A stretch of DNA of 64,000 nt from Nitrosopumilus sp. GTDB lineage: Archaea > Thermoproteota > Nitrososphaeria > Nitrososphaerales > Nitrosopumilaceae. The position numbers were made by a program, and so were the translations under genes. The DNA lies in the NCBI GenBank assembly GCA_965249555.1, contig OZ252243.1, positions 1,216,001 through 1,280,000 on the forward strand. The letters are read 5' to 3'. Below the pieces are notes generated by a model, which saw only the letters and a program-made list of their open reading frames with translations, did not search any database and had not been told where the DNA came from. Positions 50,689 through 61,080 of this stretch are shown here, piece by piece (positions within the stretch are counted from its first letter, which is position 1; each line of letters begins with the position of its first letter).

Positions 50689-52932
50689 ATGAAAAAACAA
50701 TATCTTTTAGGATTTTTACTTTTACTTACCTCTACCGTTGGTATGTTACCAAGTAGCATATTTGCAACTGAAGGAATTGATTCTGATGGAGATGGAGTAC
50801 CAAACGCTCTTGATTTTTGCCCTAACCTTCTTGAAGATTATGACCCACAATATGGAAATGATATTGATGGCTGTCCTGCAGACTTTGTTCCATGGTATGA
50901 TGCAGACTTTGATGGAATACAAGATCATCTAGATAACTGTCCAACTGTAAAGGAAACTTACAATAGATTCCAAGATGAAGACGGCTGTCCTGATTTATCA
51001 CCTGTTGATGGAAAAGGTATTGCTGATTCTGATGGTGATAATTATCCTGATTATCTGGATTTATGTCCAAACCAACCAGAGACATTCAATGGCATTGATG
51101 ACAAAGACGGTTGCCCTGACGATGTCTTTATTTTAACAGATAGTGATCAAGATGGCATTTCTGATACAATGGATGCATGTCCACTAGAACCTGAAACTTA
51201 CAATCTTTACTTAGATGAAGACGGCTGTCCAGACTCTGTTGATACAATAGATTCAACATACACTTTCCCAGATACTGATGGTGATGGAATTGATGATAGA
51301 TGGGATCAATGCTTAAACGAGCCTGAAAATTACAATGGATTCCTAGATTGGGACGGATGTTTTGATGTATCTGGTGCAACATCTAATGCTTTGATTGATT
51401 CCGATTATGATAGCATTCCTGATTTTGTTGATGCTTGTCCATTAGACCGTGAAAATTACAATAAATTCCAAGATGAAGACGGTTGCCCTGATGAAATTGA
51501 ATTTTCAATTACAGGTGATTCTGATGGTGATGGTATTGCAGATATTTCTGATATGTGTCCTTATGCTAAAGAGACTTACAACAAATTCCAAGATGAAGAC
51601 GGTTGTCCTGATGCTATATACGACAATAAATTAACTGCTGATACTGATGGCGACCTAATTCCAGATGTTTTAGACTTGTGTCCAAACCAACCAGAGACAT
51701 TCAATGGATTCCTAGACTCTGATGGCTGTCCTGATAGCTTTGATTCTGTACTTGATTCTGATATAGATGGTATTGTAGATACAATGGATGCATGTCCACT
51801 AGAACCTGAAACTTACAACTTTTTCAAAGATGAAGACGGCTGTCCTGATGCCACTGGCTCTATCATTTTATCTCATCCCTTTGCAGATGTTGATGGTGAC
51901 GGTGTAGATGATAGATGGGATGCATGTCTTGATGAGCCAGAAAACTATAATGGTTATTTGGATTCTGATGGATGTCCTGATGTTCCAGGAATCTCAAAAT
52001 CTGCATTACCTGATTCTGATTATGATGAAATCCCAGATCATTTAGATCAATGTCCAACATTAGCTGAAAGATACAACGGATTCCAAGATGAAGATGGATG
52101 TCCTGATGCCTTAGCTTATGATTCCTTTGGAGATGCTGACTTTGATGGAGTTACTGATGATGTGGATGAATGTCCTTATGCCAGAGAAACTTACAACAAA
52201 TTCCAAGATGAAGACGGATGCCCTGATGCTATATACGACAATAAATTAACTGCTGATACTGATGGCGACCTAATTCCAGATGTTTTAGACTTGTGTCCAA
52301 ATCAACCAGAGACATTCAATGGCATTGATGACAAAGACGGTTGTCCTGATAAATTTGTATTTACACTTGATTCTGATGGTGATGGTATTGCAGATATTTC
52401 TGATGCATGTCCACTAGAACCTGAAACTTACAACTTTTATCAAGATGAAGACGGCTGTCCTGACTCAACTGATTCTATTACTCCATCTCACATCTGGGAT
52501 ACTGGATTCGGTATCGGCGCATGGACTGGTCCTGACTCAACTGATTCTATTACTCCATCTTACATCTTTGCAGATGTTGATACTGATGGTATAGATGATA
52601 GATGGGATGCATGTATTGGTGAGCAAGAGAACTTTAATGGATACTTGGATTGGGACGGTTGCCCAGATGTGTTAGCAGCAGAATCTACCATACCTACAAG
52701 TATTGACTCTGATGGTGATGGATATTATGATACCATTGATTCCTGTCCAACAAGCCCAGAAACATGGAACAAGTACAATGATCATGACGGCTGCCCAGAT
52801 ACTGCTCCAGAACAACAGAGATTTGCCCATGATGATGATCTAGATGGCATCATTAATGATGAAGATTCATGTCCTCTTGATCCTGAAGATTATGATGGAG
52901 ATAGAGACGATGACGGCTGTCCAGATAACTAA
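50689..52932 (+). CDS. Secreted thrombospondin type 3 repeat protein 3
   Basis: ATG 50689, signal peptide nearly identical to protein 2; contains a 24-aa in-frame insertion. Confidence 0.92.
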   Translation: MKKQYLLGFLLLLTSTVGMLPSSIFATEGIDSDGDGVPNALDFCPNLLEDYDPQYGNDIDGCPADFVPWYDADFDGIQDHLDNCPTVKETYNRFQDEDGCPDLSPVDGKGIADSDGDNYPDYLDLCPNQPETFNGIDDKDGCPDDVFILTDSDQDGISDTMDACPLEPETYNLYLDEDGCPDSVDTIDSTYTFPDTDGDGIDDRWDQCLNEPENYNGFLDWDGCFDVSGATSNALIDSDYDSIPDFVDACPLDRENYNKFQDEDGCPDEIEFSITGDSDGDGIADISDMCPYAKETYNKFQDEDGCPDAIYDNKLTADTDGDLIPDVLDLCPNQPETFNGFLDSDGCPDSFDSVLDSDIDGIVDTMDACPLEPETYNFFKDEDGCPDATGSIILSHPFADVDGDGVDDRWDACLDEPENYNGYLDSDGCPDVPGISKSALPDSDYDEIPDHLDQCPTLAERYNGFQDEDGCPDALAYDSFGDADFDGVTDDVDECPYARETYNKFQDEDGCPDAIYDNKLTADTDGDLIPDVLDLCPNQPETFNGIDDKDGCPDKFVFTLDSDGDGIADISDACPLEPETYNFYQDEDGCPDSTDSITPSHIWDTGFGIGAWTGPDSTDSITPSYIFADVDTDGIDDRWDACIGEQENFNGYLDWDGCPDVLAAESTIPTSIDSDGDGYYDTIDSCPTSPETWNKYNDHDGCPDTAPEQQRFAHDDDLDGIINDEDSCPLDPEDYDGDRDDDGCPDN
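52457..52567. repeat. 37-39-bp direct repeat flanking a unique 33-35-bp insert (period 72)
   Basis: GTCCTGACTCAACTGATTCTATTACTCCATCTyACATCT at 52457-52495 and 52529-52567 (1 mismatch). Confidence 0.93.
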
Positions 52933-52993
52933 TACGACATTTTTTGCATAAATTTTTGATATAGTAAATATATTCGGATTGTAGAATTATCTC

Positions 52994-53956
52994 ATGCTTC
53001 CAAAATTTTCTAGTAGGGCATTTTTGGCTCCAATGGCAGGAGTAAGTGATCCTGCACTTCGTTTACAATGTAAACAAAAGGGTGCTGGTCTAGTTGTTAC
53101 TGAATTTACTAACATTCATAAAATTATTGCAAAAGAAAAGCAACTCAAAGGAGATACTAAAACAATCCAAGAATTTATTGAATATTCCGAGCAAGAGCGT
53201 CCTCTTTCAGTTCAGTTATTTGGCTCTGATCTTTTTGCATTAGAGAAAGCTGCAAAAATTGTGGAACCTTATTTTGATATTATTGACTATAACATGGGAT
53301 GTCCTGCACCACATATTACTCAACAAATGGCAGGCGGTGCTCTTTTACAAGAAGTTAATCTAACTCAACAAATATTCAGTACTCTTGTTAATGCTGTGAA
53401 AAAACCTGTAACACTGAAAATTCGTTCTGGGGTAACAGATGCTAGTAAATTTCTCTTTAGGGAAATTGCTGAAATTGCAGAAGATGAAGGAATTCAGATG
53501 ATCACTTTTCATCCCAGAACTGTTAATCAAGGTTATTCTGGAACTGCAGATTGGAAAATGATTAAGGAACTTAAGGAAATATCCAGCATTCCAATTGTTG
53601 GAAATGGTGATATTACAACTCCTGAAGATGCTAAAACTATGATTGATGAGACTGGATGTGATTATGTGATGATTGGCCGTGGTGCAATGGGGAACCCATT
53701 CTTGTTTGAGCAAATAAATGATTATCTCAAAACTAACACTTACAATGAATACTCTTTCAAAGATCGTCTGGACTCATTTTTTGATTATTTGCATCTTACA
53801 AATCACTACAAAATCAAATTTGCAAATATTAAGAGTCAAGCAATCAGATTTACAAAAGGTATGCAAGGTGGCTCTAAATTACGTTCAAAAATTACTTTTT
53901 CAAAAAATATTGAAGAACTTGAGAAAATTATGAACAATGCATATACACCATCTTAA
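52994..53956 (+). CDS. dusB: tRNA-dihydrouridine synthase (DusB-like)
   Basis: LAPMAGV, NMGCP, HPRT, GNGDI, MIGRGA. Confidence 0.92.
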   Translation: MLPKFSSRAFLAPMAGVSDPALRLQCKQKGAGLVVTEFTNIHKIIAKEKQLKGDTKTIQEFIEYSEQERPLSVQLFGSDLFALEKAAKIVEPYFDIIDYNMGCPAPHITQQMAGGALLQEVNLTQQIFSTLVNAVKKPVTLKIRSGVTDASKFLFREIAEIAEDEGIQMITFHPRTVNQGYSGTADWKMIKELKEISSIPIVGNGDITTPEDAKTMIDETGCDYVMIGRGAMGNPFLFEQINDYLKTNTYNEYSFKDRLDSFFDYLHLTNHYKIKFANIKSQAIRFTKGMQGGSKLRSKITFSKNIEELEKIMNNAYTPS

Positions 53957-54097
53957 AAAATTTATCAAATTGTTGCATATTACTTTACATTTGTTTATAA
54001 TTTAACCAAAATTGTTATTGGATTTTAAAGTAAATTAAATTATTCTTATATATTTCAAGATGACATTTTCTATATGAAAATAGGAGTTGAATCATAA

Positions 54098-54337
54098 TTG
54101 GCAACAGCTTATGTTCTCATAAACTGTGAGCTGGGTTCTGAAGATGCAGTAATATCAGAACTAAAATCGATTGAAGGAGTTGTTGAAGTACATGGTACAT
54201 TTGGTGCATATGATATCTTGGCTAAAGTAGAATCTGGTCAAGTAGAAGCACTACGCGAGACTATTACCTGGAAGATTAGGAAAATTCCAAAAATTAGATC
54301 AACTCTGACATTAATGGGAATTGAAGGACAACAATAA
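54098..54337 (+). CDS. Lrp/AsnC ligand-binding domain protein
   Basis: AYVLINC..HGTFGAYDIL..IRSTLT. Confidence 0.88.
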   Translation: MATAYVLINCELGSEDAVISELKSIEGVVEVHGTFGAYDILAKVESGQVEALRETITWKIRKIPKIRSTLTLMGIEGQQ

Positions 54338-54501
54338 TTCTTCAAAATCCTTTGCTTTTATACTCAGATTGTAATATAATACATCCCTTCAAAAAACATG
54401 TCTCCCAAAGGGATACCGCACTGAGAGGAGTAGTTAGCCTCTCAGTAGAATTATTATAAATTAAATGATACTGTGTTCTTTAATTTGATACAAGAAAATG
54501 A

Positions 54502-54843
54502 TTAGAGAGCTTTAGAACCACTCTTTTTTGATGCAATATTCAGAACACTTTCTACATTGGTTACGACTATAATTCCATCCCCACTATTTCCAGTGCCAGC
54601 AGCATCTACAATGATAGAGATTATTGATTCTACTTTATCGTCATCAACTATTGTAGATATTGTTGATACCTTGTTGTATTCAGCTTCAATAGTTTCTGTA
54701 CCTCTTCCTGATCTAATAGTATGTCTTTTCCCAGAACCACGTCCATCACCATCCATTCTTGTGAAACCTCCTACTTTGTCTTTAATTGCATCCGAAACAA
54801 TAGACACCTTATCTGTTTGTATAGTTGCCTCAATTCGTTTCAT
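54502..54843 (-). CDS. glnB: P-II nitrogen regulatory protein
   Basis: MKRIEATI, GRG, TGNSGDGII. Confidence 0.88.
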   Translation of the reverse strand: MKRIEATIQTDKVSIVSDAIKDKVGGFTRMDGDGRGSGKRHTIRSGRGTETIEAEYNKVSTISTIVDDDKVESIISIIVDAAGTGNSGDGIIVVTNVESVLNIASKKSGSKAL

Positions 54844-54970
54844 TTTTCTTTCTTTCTTACTATCGTTTAAAAAAGATCATATGTTCTTATTCGGATTTGA
54901 TGATACACTTTTGAGTAATTGGTTATTTCATAATCCTCTGACCTTTTTAGTGTTAAAAAAAAGGAAATTT

Positions 54971-55147
54971 ATGAAAAGTGATGAAAAAAGATCTCATAGA
55001 CTAAACTATCTTTTGAAGTATTATTTGATAAATCCTCAAGAAAATGATCTCTATACAAGAGCCAAACAAATGGGGGTCTCTGATTCTACTGCGAAGGATT
55101 ACATCAGAACAGTCATTATACAAGCCCAAAAAATCTGTTCAAAATAG
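54971..55147 (+). CDS. Small HTH-like protein (58 aa)
   Basis: Likely real part of ORF 54557..55147: RAKQMGVSDSTAKDYIRTV. Confidence 0.55.
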   Translation: MKSDEKRSHRLNYLLKYYLINPQENDLYTRAKQMGVSDSTAKDYIRTVIIQAQKICSK

Positions 55148-55259
55148 ATTTTGGTGATTTATTTAAAAAATTGAATTAAATCAGTTTTTTTTCAAAAAGC
55201 AATCATTAGTAATCTTAAACAAGGAATTCATAAATAATCAACAAGGAGAGAAAACACAC

Positions 55260-55955
55260 ATGACTGATTCATTGCTTGATGATGCAAAGGCTCTTTTAGA
55301 CAAAGACTTTGGAGATGACAGAATTTTAAAGCAAATTTGTAGGGCATGTGAAAACGATGAACTCATTAGTAATTATGAAAGAAATTATGTCAAAAAATTA
55401 GCAGAAAAACACCTAGGAAGAAGGCCAGAAGTAGTTCAAACTCAAACATCTGTTGAAGACAAACCAATAATTCCAGATGTTGTCATCCCAGAACCCTCAC
55501 CAATTCAACAAATTCAAACATTTCAATCTACTCCGCTTCCACCTCAACGGATTTTATCTTCTAATTCAAAAAATTCAAAATTGATGCTGGGTATTGGTGG
55601 TGTCGCTTTAGTAATAATTATTGTAGTAGCTGCTTCATTTAGTGGCGTTTCTGATGTAACATCACCTAATCCAATTTCAGATACATTGTCAATTCAAACT
55701 GATTTATCATCCTATGACACAAAAGATATAATTTCAATTAGTGGCGTTTCTGATACTTTTGGAACTGTAAATCTCTCAATTGAAAATAAAAACAATGAAC
55801 TTGTATGGACAGAACAAGTTTCTATAAAAAGTGATGGACAATATTCAACATTAGCTATTGCTGGAGGTCCAGGATGGGAGAGTTCTGGTACTTATACAAT
55901 TAACATAGATAATGGTGTAGAAACAAAATCAAATACATTTTCATTTACTGCATAA
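55260..55955 (+). CDS. Single-pass membrane protein with a C-terminal Ig-like domain
   Basis: GDDRIL N-terminal motif, Pro-rich linker, TM, SIQTDLSSY..SGTYTI. Confidence 0.75.
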   Translation: MTDSLLDDAKALLDKDFGDDRILKQICRACENDELISNYERNYVKKLAEKHLGRRPEVVQTQTSVEDKPIIPDVVIPEPSPIQQIQTFQSTPLPPQRILSSNSKNSKLMLGIGGVALVIIIVVAASFSGVSDVTSPNPISDTLSIQTDLSSYDTKDIISISGVSDTFGTVNLSIENKNNELVWTEQVSIKSDGQYSTLAIAGGPGWESSGTYTINIDNGVETKSNTFSFTA

Positions 55956-56532
55956 TTTTTTCAAATTCTTTCCAATGTAAATCAACTATATCTCTAAGCT
56001 TCTCTACACTAATCTCTTCCATATGTTCACGATAAACTATGAATTTGTTTTGTTTACCTGAACTTTCATCATAAATATCCCTAGTATTTTTTGGAATTGC
56101 TCCTGTTTTCCATTGAGTCATCTCAAAAATCCATATTGTTGAATCTGGATTTGAAAAATCAATGTCATCACATCCTACAACGTAAAGAAAACATTTTGTT
56201 GATTGATTTAACTTTTCATGTAATTTTTCATATGCTATCATTTGGCCTTTTGGAATATTGATCTTATCATTATGAAATCCCTTGAATTCTAAGATGATAA
56301 AACCTCCTCTGTGTTCGATAAGCCAATCAATGTCGGTTCCACCCGAAGCTATCATTCCATGTACAATTAGGTTACCTAAGACCTCCCTTCCACGAGTAAA
56401 TTCTGACTCGTCAAAAATCTGATATTTTGCCTTTGGGCTTTTACGGATAATTTGTTTAGTATTATGATCAGAATGAATCGAGTTCTCTTTTTCGTATAGG
56501 GTATCAATTAATTCATTTGTTTCATTTACCAT
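55945..56532 (-). CDS. Hypothetical protein, PD-(D/E)xK nuclease-like motif
   Basis: TDIDWLIE..IILEFK..GQ. Confidence 0.6.
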   Translation of the reverse strand: MVNETNELIDTLYEKENSIHSDHNTKQIIRKSPKAKYQIFDESEFTRGREVLGNLIVHGMIASGGTDIDWLIEHRGGFIILEFKGFHNDKINIPKGQMIAYEKLHEKLNQSTKCFLYVVGCDDIDFSNPDSTIWIFEMTQWKTGAIPKNTRDIYDESSGKQNKFIVYREHMEEISVEKLRDIVDLHWKEFEKIMQ

Positions 56533-56602
56533 AATTTTGGAATTTTTAACTTGATGATAAGAGAGTTTGTGAAATTTAGTAAAGTTAAACTATTTTTCTG
56601 AT

Positions 56603-56824
56603 TTATCTGCAGAAAAACTCTCCCCCTGCATCTTTATATAAAATGAAATATTCATCTTGATTTTTTCGCTCTTTTTTAGCATTCAAAGCATCTTGATACA
56701 TTTCAAAATGTTCAACTAGATACAATTGGTTTCCAGAGTCTGCAAAATAATCTAATCCAACTAAATCAAATCCTGTTTCAGGAGTTAATTTGATCTTTTC
56801 CTTTTCAAAAATGTCTTCAGTCAA
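56603..56824 (-). CDS. Small hypothetical protein
   Basis: 73-aa ORF co-oriented downstream of tbp. Confidence 0.65.
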   Translation of the reverse strand: MTEDIFEKEKIKLTPETGFDLVGLDYFADSGNQLYLVEHFEMYQDALNAKKERKNQDEYFILYKDAGGEFFCR

Positions 56825-56861
56825 TTTCTAATTTTTTAAAATATTAAAATTTGTAAAATTA

Positions 56862-57422
56862 TTATTCATAAATCATTAGATCTTTTTCTTCTAATAGTGA
56901 ATGCAAGTTGTGAACAGAACGATAAACATCTGCTTCTTTTTTAGCTCCTGTACATACTAATTTTCCTGATGCAAATAACAATATCACAGTTTTTGGGTCG
57001 AGCATTCTATGAATAAGTCCGGGAAATTGTTCTGGTTCATACATACTTCTTGGTAATGTTCTTGCTGCTTTTTCTAAGTGAATTTTTCCACCAAGATTAA
57101 TTGCAGCTACTATATTTTGAACTGTAATTACTGCATCTTTTTTTACTTTGACTTTTCCCTTTCTTAGTTTTTGAACCACTGTGTTTACAGCTTTAATTGC
57201 CATATCTTCAGATTTAGCTCCTGTACATACCATCTTTCCTGTTCTAAAAATTAAAGTTGCAGTTCTAGGTGTCTTTAATCTAAAAACAAGTCCGGGAAAT
57301 TGTTCTGGGTGATATTCAGTATCTGGAAATTTTTTTGTAATTTCAATTAGATCAAGTTTTTGGTCAACGGATGCAGATGCAACTACGTTCTCAACACTAA
57401 CAATTGGTTTTGTTTGAGGCAT
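56862..57422 (-). CDS. tbp: TATA-box binding protein
   Basis: Two repeats NVVAS/NIVAA..YxPEQFPGL..GKxVCTGAK. Confidence 0.97.
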   Translation of the reverse strand: MPQTKPIVSVENVVASASVDQKLDLIEITKKFPDTEYHPEQFPGLVFRLKTPRTATLIFRTGKMVCTGAKSEDMAIKAVNTVVQKLRKGKVKVKKDAVITVQNIVAAINLGGKIHLEKAARTLPRSMYEPEQFPGLIHRMLDPKTVILLFASGKLVCTGAKKEADVYRSVHNLHSLLEEKDLMIYE

Positions 57423-57487
57423 AATATGGGTCTTTAAATAGCCCTGTATATATACTAGTCAAGTATTTTCCGGAAATTCAGGTTTTT

Positions 57488-57943
57488 CTAATGATGTCCA
57501 ATCCATTGGTAACGATATTCTTCATCAATGATATCTGTCACTATCTCCTTGTTTTTGATTTTTGTTTTAGGTAAATTTACCTCAAAGAATCCTAACTGAC
57601 CCTTCCATGGAATTGGGATTCTAAATGATTTTACATTTTTTAACATAAATCCAAACGTTTTATCATGAAAATTTTTTGAAGCTAAATGAAATTTTTGATC
57701 TGTTTTTATTTCCTTTACTGAATTATATTTTTTCACTTCATAAAGTTCTGCTTTGCCAATGATTGCACCTGTAACTAATTTTTTATTTATTTTTAATCTC
57801 TTACAATCTTCGGTTCTAATTTTAATTGGAGCATGAATCAAAAATTCTCCTCGAAAATTTGTATTCCAATTTCTTAACTCAATAATTTTTTTACCTGATA
57901 TTATTAAATCTGCAAATGGTTGTGATACTGATAGACATTTCAA
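57488..57943 (-). CDS. ASCH domain protein
   Basis: CLSVSQPFADLIISGKKIIELR, GQLGFF; likely TTG start 57943. Confidence 0.85.
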   Translation of the reverse strand: MKCLSVSQPFADLIISGKKIIELRNWNTNFRGEFLIHAPIKIRTEDCKRLKINKKLVTGAIIGKAELYEVKKYNSVKEIKTDQKFHLASKNFHDKTFGFMLKNVKSFRIPIPWKGQLGFFEVNLPKTKIKNKEIVTDIIDEEYRYQWIGHH

Positions 57944-57947
57944 AATA

Positions 57948-59489
57948 TCATTCAGTAGCTGCTTTAATAAATTCCCCGGGATTTTTGCCAATTCCTTCAG
58001 GCAAATTTGTTATTCCACCATTCAAGCTTTCAGTTACTATGCCTTTGCTTGCAAGAACTTGAGCAGTCATTAATGATGTATTTCCAGCCATGCAAATTAG
58101 CAATGATTTACCTTTAGAACCATCTAGTTCTTTGCTAAGCTCTTCTGGAATTTGCTGTGTTGATAACAATTCATTTATAGTGCTTGCTTTTGGAATTGCA
58201 ATTTTTTCCTTATCTACTCCTAAAGATTTAGCAATCATTTCAATTCCTGCTTCTTTTGGAGTATATTGAGGATGGACCCATATTATTTTATCATAATCTT
58301 GAACACTAGATGCTGCTTCATCCAATGAAACTTGAATGCGCTGATTCTTGAACATTGCCTCTAGATTTTTTCTATACTTTTCTATACCATCAGCAACTAC
58401 AACTATGAATTTTCCTTTATCACCGTCACTTACCATTTCCAATACTGTGTATAGTGCAAGTGCAGTGCTTTCACCAATATTGTGACCCTTATCTACAAAA
58501 AATTTTAGCAAATGTTTTGCCTGCCCAAAATCCATCTCGTGTTCAGCAGCATATGCATCTGGATTGTACAACTTTAATCCATCTGCTTTAGCCTTTGTTC
58601 TGATTCCTGCAACATCTTGACCTGCTGATGGAAACACTACATGTATTGCCTTTTTCCCATATTTTTCATTCATGTATTCACTTAATCCACCAGATGTGCC
58701 TCCAGTTCCAAAGGAACAAACTAATCTGTAGTCTTCTAACGAATCTTCATTTTCATGTAATTGCTGATCAATTTCTACAGCTGTAATTGTTCTATGAGCA
58801 TCAATGTTTAATTCATTATCGTACTGTTCTGGACAAAAACAACCATAAATTTTTGAAATTAGTTTTGCTAGATTAATAATGTCTTCTGCAGCCAATAGTT
58901 TTTCAATTTCCTCAATAGACTCATCAAATTTTGTAGGATCAAAACCCAATTCAGCTAATTGAGAGCGTACGTTTCCCGCAGTTGCTTTTGCTTTTAACAT
59001 ATCAGCATCACTATCTTTCATTCCGGGAGCAGGACAAATATCCATGTCTAGATCTATTGTGCGAATATTTTCATTTCTTAATTCCTTAAAGACTCCTTCT
59101 TGTAATTTTCTTGAAACAAGAGAAACAACAGTCAATCCTAGTTTTGACATTTGACCAAGAGCAATTCCAAAATTTCCTGACGTTGCTTCAATTATTGTTT
59201 GATCACTCTTCAGCTTTCCTGTTTTAATTGCATCATGCATAATGTAGATGGCAGGTCTGATTTTGATTGAACCCGATACCAAGTTTGCATCAAATTTTCC
59301 ATATACTTTCAAATCCAAATCTGAAATATCTAATTTGTAAAGATTTTTTGCACATTCCTTAAAATCACTAGTAAGATCAATTAGCGGTGTTGCATTGATT
59401 ACTTTACCTTCTTCTAAATGTGGAATTTTCTTCCAAATTTCTTGTTCAAAGCGTTCAAGAAGTACGTTATCAATACTGGTTTCTTCCAA
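57948..59489 (-). CDS. PLP-dependent cysteine synthase family protein with a rhodanese-like C-terminus
   Basis: SGSIKIR, EATSGNFG, GTGGT; LICMAGNTS..SLNGGI. Confidence 0.85.
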   Translation of the reverse strand: MEETSIDNVLLERFEQEIWKKIPHLEEGKVINATPLIDLTSDFKECAKNLYKLDISDLDLKVYGKFDANLVSGSIKIRPAIYIMHDAIKTGKLKSDQTIIEATSGNFGIALGQMSKLGLTVVSLVSRKLQEGVFKELRNENIRTIDLDMDICPAPGMKDSDADMLKAKATAGNVRSQLAELGFDPTKFDESIEEIEKLLAAEDIINLAKLISKIYGCFCPEQYDNELNIDAHRTITAVEIDQQLHENEDSLEDYRLVCSFGTGGTSGGLSEYMNEKYGKKAIHVVFPSAGQDVAGIRTKAKADGLKLYNPDAYAAEHEMDFGQAKHLLKFFVDKGHNIGESTALALYTVLEMVSDGDKGKFIVVVADGIEKYRKNLEAMFKNQRIQVSLDEAASSVQDYDKIIWVHPQYTPKEAGIEMIAKSLGVDKEKIAIPKASTINELLSTQQIPEELSKELDGSKGKSLLICMAGNTSLMTAQVLASKGIVTESLNGGITNLPEGIGKNPGEFIKAATE

Positions 59490-59517
59490 AAGTCTTTCTC
59501 CTCAAAATTCTAATAAA

Positions 59518-61080
59518 TTATCCTTCTAAAATACTAATCACTTTACTTGGAATATCATTTAATCTACTAACTGCCATAGTTTTTTCATATCCTAAATGTT
59601 TGAGATTATTTGCTATGGTAGTGGCCCTTATCGTATTTGGACCCAAGCCTAAAGCTACCATATTGATGCCTAACCCCTTGAGTGATTTTGTCATATTTCT
59701 TACTGCATTAGGATCTGATGGTTCACCATCTGTTAATGTCAAAAAAATATCTGGTCTTTTTGATTGCAACATTGGAAACATTTTATCATATACTTCTGCT
59801 AGTGGGGTTGATCCATTGGCAACGATCTGTGCTAATCGTTTTGCAGTGATATTGTTCCATTTTACATTGTCTTTTTTTATAGACCAGCAAACTACTGATC
59901 TGTTTTGAGTACTAAATGCATATACTGCAAATTTTACCTTAAGAAAAGCTAAAACTTCACAAAGTGCTAGCGTTGCTTTTTTGTATTCTAGAGCATCTGA
60001 TGCAATACTTGATGAATGATCCAACAAAATTACAATTTTAGTTTTAATGGATTTTTTAACATCTATAAAAAATGGTTCATGACCTTCAATGTAATTTTCT
60101 TCATCAAACTCATCTCCAGATCTTTGATGTTGTTCTTTCCATCCGTATTTCCATTCCTTAAATTTAATTTTTAATCTATTGATCAAACTCATATCATAGA
60201 TTGTGGTTTCATTTACGTTCCTTGTAGATGGAATTTGAATTCCTATTGCTTCTGGACTTAATCCCTTATTTTCCATTTTTTTGTTTTCATCAAGTAATAC
60301 CTGATATTCATCATAAACATTATCCCCTCTTAATACAGATGCAGAATTAGCTGAACCAAAATCACCTTCTTTGTTTTTAGAAATTATTTTAAGAATCTTT
60401 AATAATTCTTCTTCATTTAATGCCATTCCAGATTTCATAAAAGGTAAAGATATTGGTATTGTAAGTAATGAATCAATATCCAAAATCTTTACTATCTCGC
60501 TTACATTTTTTTCAAGCCAATCAGTATCATAATTTTCCTCAATTGCTTTGTTGACATTTTTTTTTGCAAATACAGTTGCTTTTTTAATTTTCTCAAAATG
60601 ACTGGATTGAATTTCTCCTTTAATTGCACCAAACATGAAATATTGATAAAATGCCTCTACAATTCGTGCATTTCCATAAACTGTGTTCAGTTGTGGTCTT
60701 GCTACAAGCATATAGGCATAATTGAAGATAATTTCATCATCCATTCCTTTCCAAATTTTCCTGCCTAATTGTTCAACTCTTTGTGTTTCCATTGTATTGA
60801 GAATGAATCCAAATGCATGATCATTGCTGAGAATCTTTTTACAAAATTTCATTCTCATTGCTTCATACCACAATGATGTTCTAAATTGTCGATATTTTTG
60901 AAAATCATTACCAATTCTTTTTTCAAGCGGTGTCATGATTACTTTTTTTTCATTGAGTCTTGTTCTGGTTTCCATCTTATCTGAGATTTCGATAATCATT
61001 TTATCTTCTTCAGACCATCTTCTTACAAGAAAGGTGCCAATCTCTACTATTGATTCATTTTGAAGTTGAATTGTTTGCAT
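59518..61080 (-). CDS. VWA domain protein (CbbO/NorD-like)
   Basis: DHSSS MIDAS motif, GSTP, LTDGEP. Confidence 0.88.
   Translation of the reverse strand: MQTIQLQNESIVEIGTFLVRRWSEEDKMIIEISDKMETRTRLNEKKVIMTPLEKRIGNDFQKYRQFRTSLWYEAMRMKFCKKILSNDHAFGFILNTMETQRVEQLGRKIWKGMDDEIIFNYAYMLVARPQLNTVYGNARIVEAFYQYFMFGAIKGEIQSSHFEKIKKATVFAKKNVNKAIEENYDTDWLEKNVSEIVKILDIDSLLTIPISLPFMKSGMALNEEELLKILKIISKNKEGDFGSANSASVLRGDNVYDEYQVLLDENKKMENKGLSPEAIGIQIPSTRNVNETTIYDMSLINRLKIKFKEWKYGWKEQHQRSGDEFDEENYIEGHEPFFIDVKKSIKTKIVILLDHSSSIASDALEYKKATLALCEVLAFLKVKFAVYAFSTQNRSVVCWSIKKDNVKWNNITAKRLAQIVANGSTPLAEVYDKMFPMLQSKRPDIFLTLTDGEPSDPNAVRNMTKSLKGLGINMVALGLGPNTIRATTIANNLKHLGYEKTMAVSRLNDIPSKVISILEG

Noticed and set aside
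44752-52932. Diversity-generating retroelement TR/VR pairs among the TSP3 repeats
   Set aside because: Differences are not confined to adenines and no reverse transcriptase is present.
54557-54970. 196-aa plus-strand ORF
   Set aside because: Mostly the antisense shadow of the P-II gene; only 54971-55147 looks real.
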